A stretch of DNA of 64,000 nucleotides from Lama glama. Lineage: Eukaryota. A program made the translations under genes and the position numbers. Positions within the stretch are counted from its first letter, which is position 1, and every line of letters starts with the position of its first letter. The notes under the pieces are model-generated. The model made no database searches and was not told the DNA's origin. It worked only from the letters and a program-made list of their open reading frames with translations. Positions 60,102-64,000 of this stretch are shown here, in pieces. The DNA is taken from contig CM052817.1 of the NCBI GenBank assembly GCA_028534125.1, positions 25,298,001 to 25,362,000 on the forward strand, written 5' to 3'.

Positions 60102-60565
60102 GCATCCAACAAGTTTTGGGCCAGGCCCTGGAATGTAATGGTGAGCCAGACAGATGGGCTGTGCCCTCTCTCTCTGGAATGTACAGAAGAAAAGAGGGAA
60201 GGGAGTTCAGTGAGGACTAAGATCAGGGACATGCTGGGTCATCCAGGCGCTTCCTCACTGCAGGTCGATGAAGAACTCTCTAAGGAGGTGACATGTAAGC
60301 TTAGGATGATGAATGACTAGGCTTCAGCCAGTCCAAGAGTAGAAGGGGAGACTTGAGGCCAAAGGAAGGGCATAAATAAGAGACTGGAGGAAAGACTGGA
60401 GAGTGCAGCATGCTGGATGGAGGACGCAGAGGGAGTATGGCTGGAGCAAAGACATGATGGGGTGCCCCTAGGGAAAAGATGGAGAGGGCAATGAGGACCA
60501 GCCCTGAAGGAAGGCTAGATTTTATCCCAAAGGCAGTGAGAGGTTCTTCTGGGTTTCTTAGGCTA
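60102..60565 (-). mobile_element. L2 relic; its 3' tip at about 59895-59915 lies on the other side of the MER91A
   Basis: atggtgagccagacaga..tgccctc..aggaggtgacatgtaagc..tttatcccaaaggcagtgagagg. Confidence 0.65.
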
Positions 60566-60934
60566 TGCTTAGCCACACAGTGGGCCAGAAAGGAGAGAAA
60601 GCAACAGACTGTCAGTGGAAGAAAACCAGGCTATCCTTCCTGGTTCCTGATGTAGAGTATGGGGAAAACAGGAAGTTAGCTGGCAGAGTCGTGCTGGCAG
60701 GAAGTCCTGGTTTGACAGGTCCCTCAGCCTTTGCCCCAGGCCATGATCTTACTACCTTGGAGTTCGTGCTTCTCCACAGCCTGATCAGCAGATCGGGAGA
60801 GTAGCAGCAGCAGATCTTTCCTCTTCTACCACCAGAACTCAGCCAGTGGAAAATGTGTTCCAGACCTCCTGTTTTGTCCCTAAGCCATGATGCCCAGAAC
60901 TTGATAGGTTGGTAATCACTGCTCTCTGTGAGGT

Positions 60935-61095
60935 TTCCGGGACCGACTTAGCACCCATGGTGCCATCACCTGTTTACCGGTTTGCCTGCACTGCCAGGCT
61001 ATCAGCTGTTTGAGATCAAGGAATTGGTCTTGCTTAATCTTTGCAGTCTAGTTCCTCACAAGGTAGGCAATAAATGTATTGGTAAACTGAATTAA
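60935..61095 (+). mobile_element. L2 3' end relic
   Basis: tcttgcttaatctttgcagtc..aggtaggcaataaatgtattggtaaactgaat. Confidence 0.55.
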
Positions 61096-62732
61096 ATTAT
61101 ACTTAATACAGTTATACTCAGGGAACAGTATGCATTCAGCCATTTTGGGGAGGCTGAACTTGAAAACTTTTAAACGTGTGTAATTTTCACAAGGAAAAAA
61201 ATATTTGGGGTTCTGAGCCATCGGCTTTAAAATACATTTTGGGGACTCAATTTTTTTCTAATGTGGAGGTTATTCAGAAATGATCAAAGCACATGTTCAT
61301 TTGATTATAAGCTCCTTGGCTGACAGGACTATGTGTTTTTAATGTCTGTCTCCCACAGGGCATGGCATCTAGTAACATGGCTCATTATTCAATGAATGTG
61401 TAGATCACACACGTATACACACACACCAACTCATGCATTTTTTTGCACATTAAAGGGTTTTAAAGGCACAGATTCAGGTAATTTGCCTTGTTTCACTGTA
61501 CAATAGAAGTATAAACAGGAAAGCACACCATAGTATATATGATGCATATCAAAGGCATGTGAATGTGTAATTATTATATATCAAAAATCATAAAGGTGGA
61601 TGACAAATCACTTATTTAGTAGAAGCATTTCTCCATGAGTCTCCATGTGATGTTTAATAGAAAAATATATAAGGAGGGAAATGGGATGAAACGCTCCATT
61701 CTTTCAAACTTTATAAAGTGTGAAATGATTTAGATAACGTGCTATAACTGTAAAATCAATTCAGGGAGGAAATGTTCAAGAATAAGTGATTTTCAAGAAG
61801 TATGAGTTTATGACCTGACATCAGAGACATAGTTGAACACATAGAAGAATTGCCTGACCCTGAAGCGATATTAACGAGCCAATGGGCTGGTGTTCGGTGA
61901 ACCACTTGTAACTAGAGAGCCGGCCGGCCGGAAAGAGAGGGGGTGGAGTTTCTGAGGAACCAGGCAGAACTGGGATTTTCTCAGCTGAGTCTGCAGTTTC
62001 ACTTAGGTTCTGATCAAAGTTATCGCTAACATGTAACAAAAACAGATGCAATTTTTCTTATAGCTCTTTGGTGTCTAGAATACAAATCCCCTCTCTTGTC
62101 CCTGACCAGCTCTTCCATTCTCAGGAATACTTTCTACTTCTCCTTCTTCGTTCCTGGAATCCATGGTCATCACCAGACTTTGCAGAACTTTCTTCCTGAT
62201 AAGTTACCCCCATCTGTCCATTCCTACATCCTCCCCACGAAGAATAGCGTCATGGGCCCCTCGAACGCCTGCCCTCCATGGAAGACAAACGCAACCATTC
62301 CTTTAAGCTGGAAGACACCTTAGAGATCAACTGAAAAAAGAGGCCAGGAGACTTGCAGCGACTCTCATGACATCGCGGAGCTGTTCTGGTCGCAGAGCCA
62401 GCATAAGACTCTTACTCTGTCATGTCCTGATGCCACCTCTACAAGTTCTTAATGTCTAGCCCAGGAGCAGCAGGTGCAATTGGCTTCCCCCAAGACAGTT
62501 TTCAATAATTTCATGTACTAGTAAGTGAACGCTAGACCACTCTGAAAGGTCACTTTTAAATCCACCTGGTGTATTTACTTCCCTTGTGGAAATAATTTTA
62601 ATGCTTCCTCGTCCTGACTAATCTGTATCCAGGCATGGATATGATTTTTGTGTTGGTATAATCAGTGCGTGTACTTTTCATGCTGCTTTTGTTTCATTTG
62701 AACAGTCATGTGTAAACACTTGTCCAGCTTTC

Positions 62733-62952
62733 TAGAGCACCACTGTCTAACCGAATTTTCTGTGATAATGAAAATGTCCAAAATCTGCACTTTGACAGAA
62801 GCCACTAGCTGTATGTGGCTCTAAGCACTTGAAGTGGAGCTAGTGTAACTGAGGAACTGAATTTTTATCTTATTTCATTTTAATTCATTTAAATGCAAAT
62901 TTAGATAGTCACTTATGGCCAGATGACTCCAGTATCAGTCAACACAGTTCTA
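62733..62952. mobile_element. MER3-type hAT-Charlie element
   Basis: ttctgtgataatgaaaatg..agccactagctgtatgtggctctaagcacttgaa..gctagtgtaactgaggaactgaatttt. Confidence 0.85.
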
Positions 62953-64000
62953 AAGACTCGTCCTATGTCTTCCTTATAATGGGTATGTAATATTTCATTG
63001 TATTCCTGTCTTGGTTTATTTTATTGTTTCTCTGTCCTTGTTCATTCAAAATGCCTTTCTTTTTTTTTTTTTTTTTTGCAAATGCAGCAAATACAGCATT
63101 GTGTATGGTTATATGAACATTGCCTTAAAAATGGTTGCTCTTCTGGCATTTTTCTTCTTTTGATTTATTTGTTTCATTCAATCTTCTGCAAATAAAATTA
63201 CAGCTGGGTAGTGTTTTGACTGAGATATGCCTCAGAATCCCCAAAGAGCCCCCAACCCTCCCTTATCCTCCCATTACATACCCATGGGAGCAAGAACTCT
63301 GTCAAGAACCCAGGTCTTCCATCCCCAAATCCTCTGGTGGGGCCTCAATCTCACCCCTTTCTCCCAGCGCCTCCATCATCCCTCACTCATGCTTTAGGGC
63401 TCCTTTCCCACAAGCCAGCTTTATCCCTTTTTTTTTTTTTTAATCTTTAGGAACAAAGAAACAGGTCATTTTGATTTAAGGGATTAGCTGCTAATCCAGA
63501 CAAAATAGAAAGCACAGGGATGTTCCAAAAGTTCAGAGTCTGGGATGTATCCCACAGCCCCAGGCCCAAGTCCCCACTCCTGGCTGGGGAGTTGGTCGGG
63601 GGGCTGCAAACACAGTGGCACTAGTTTCCCTGAGCAGCCTCAGCTCATGACGACACTTGCTGTGTTTCTCGCAGCCTCACATGCCACAGTCGCCTCCGCA
63701 GAGAGGATGCTGGTGAAATGCAGCAGAAGGGATGTAAACCCAACCCCTCAATCAGGAAGGGTGGACAGACCACTCTCCAGAGAACCTTAATGATGAAAGC
63801 TGCAAAAGCTGAGCGATTCCACCATGATTCTCGGGTTGGACAATGTTAGAAATGAAGCCAGCACTATGGGGACCCAATATGGAAGTCTAAATCACGAGGC
63901 ACTGGGAAGAAAACACCTCAAGTAATGCTTAAGCAGAAAAGGAGGGATGGAGAAAAATAAGGAAATTTATCACTAGATCGTGTAAGATAACCAAGTTAAA

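Overview
Mammalian, repeat-rich, CpG-poor genomic DNA that reads as intergenic or deep-intronic sequence. I recognise no protein-coding exon, tRNA, rRNA or known ncRNA gene. Two tRNA-Ala-derived SINEs (27688-28050 on -, 53020-53155 on +) resemble the tylopod Vic-1 family, and the LINE-1 3' ends are of the cetartiodactyl type, so a camelid genome is likely (inference). About half the window is transposon-derived: young and old LINE-1 fragments (several with clear target-site duplications), MIR and L2 relics, MaLR (MLT1) and ERVL LTRs, and hAT and Tigger DNA transposon relics. The only ORFs with recognisable homology are broken L1 ORF1/ORF2 pieces and a Tigger transposase C-terminus. There is a 100-N assembly gap at 7003-7102. 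Repeat family names come from memory of consensus sequences, and boundaries are approximate unless a TSD is given. The most unusual items are a TSD-bracketed SINE carrying about 185 bp of LTR-like cargo, an L1 stub with a fold-back inverted 5' end, an L1 with two large internal deletions, a three-hairpin cluster in unique sequence at 43.1-43.3 kb, an old ~230-bp local duplication, a 218-bp layered purine tract, and a motif-dense promoter/enhancer-like region at 15-17 kb. I found no convincing novel multi-component system.
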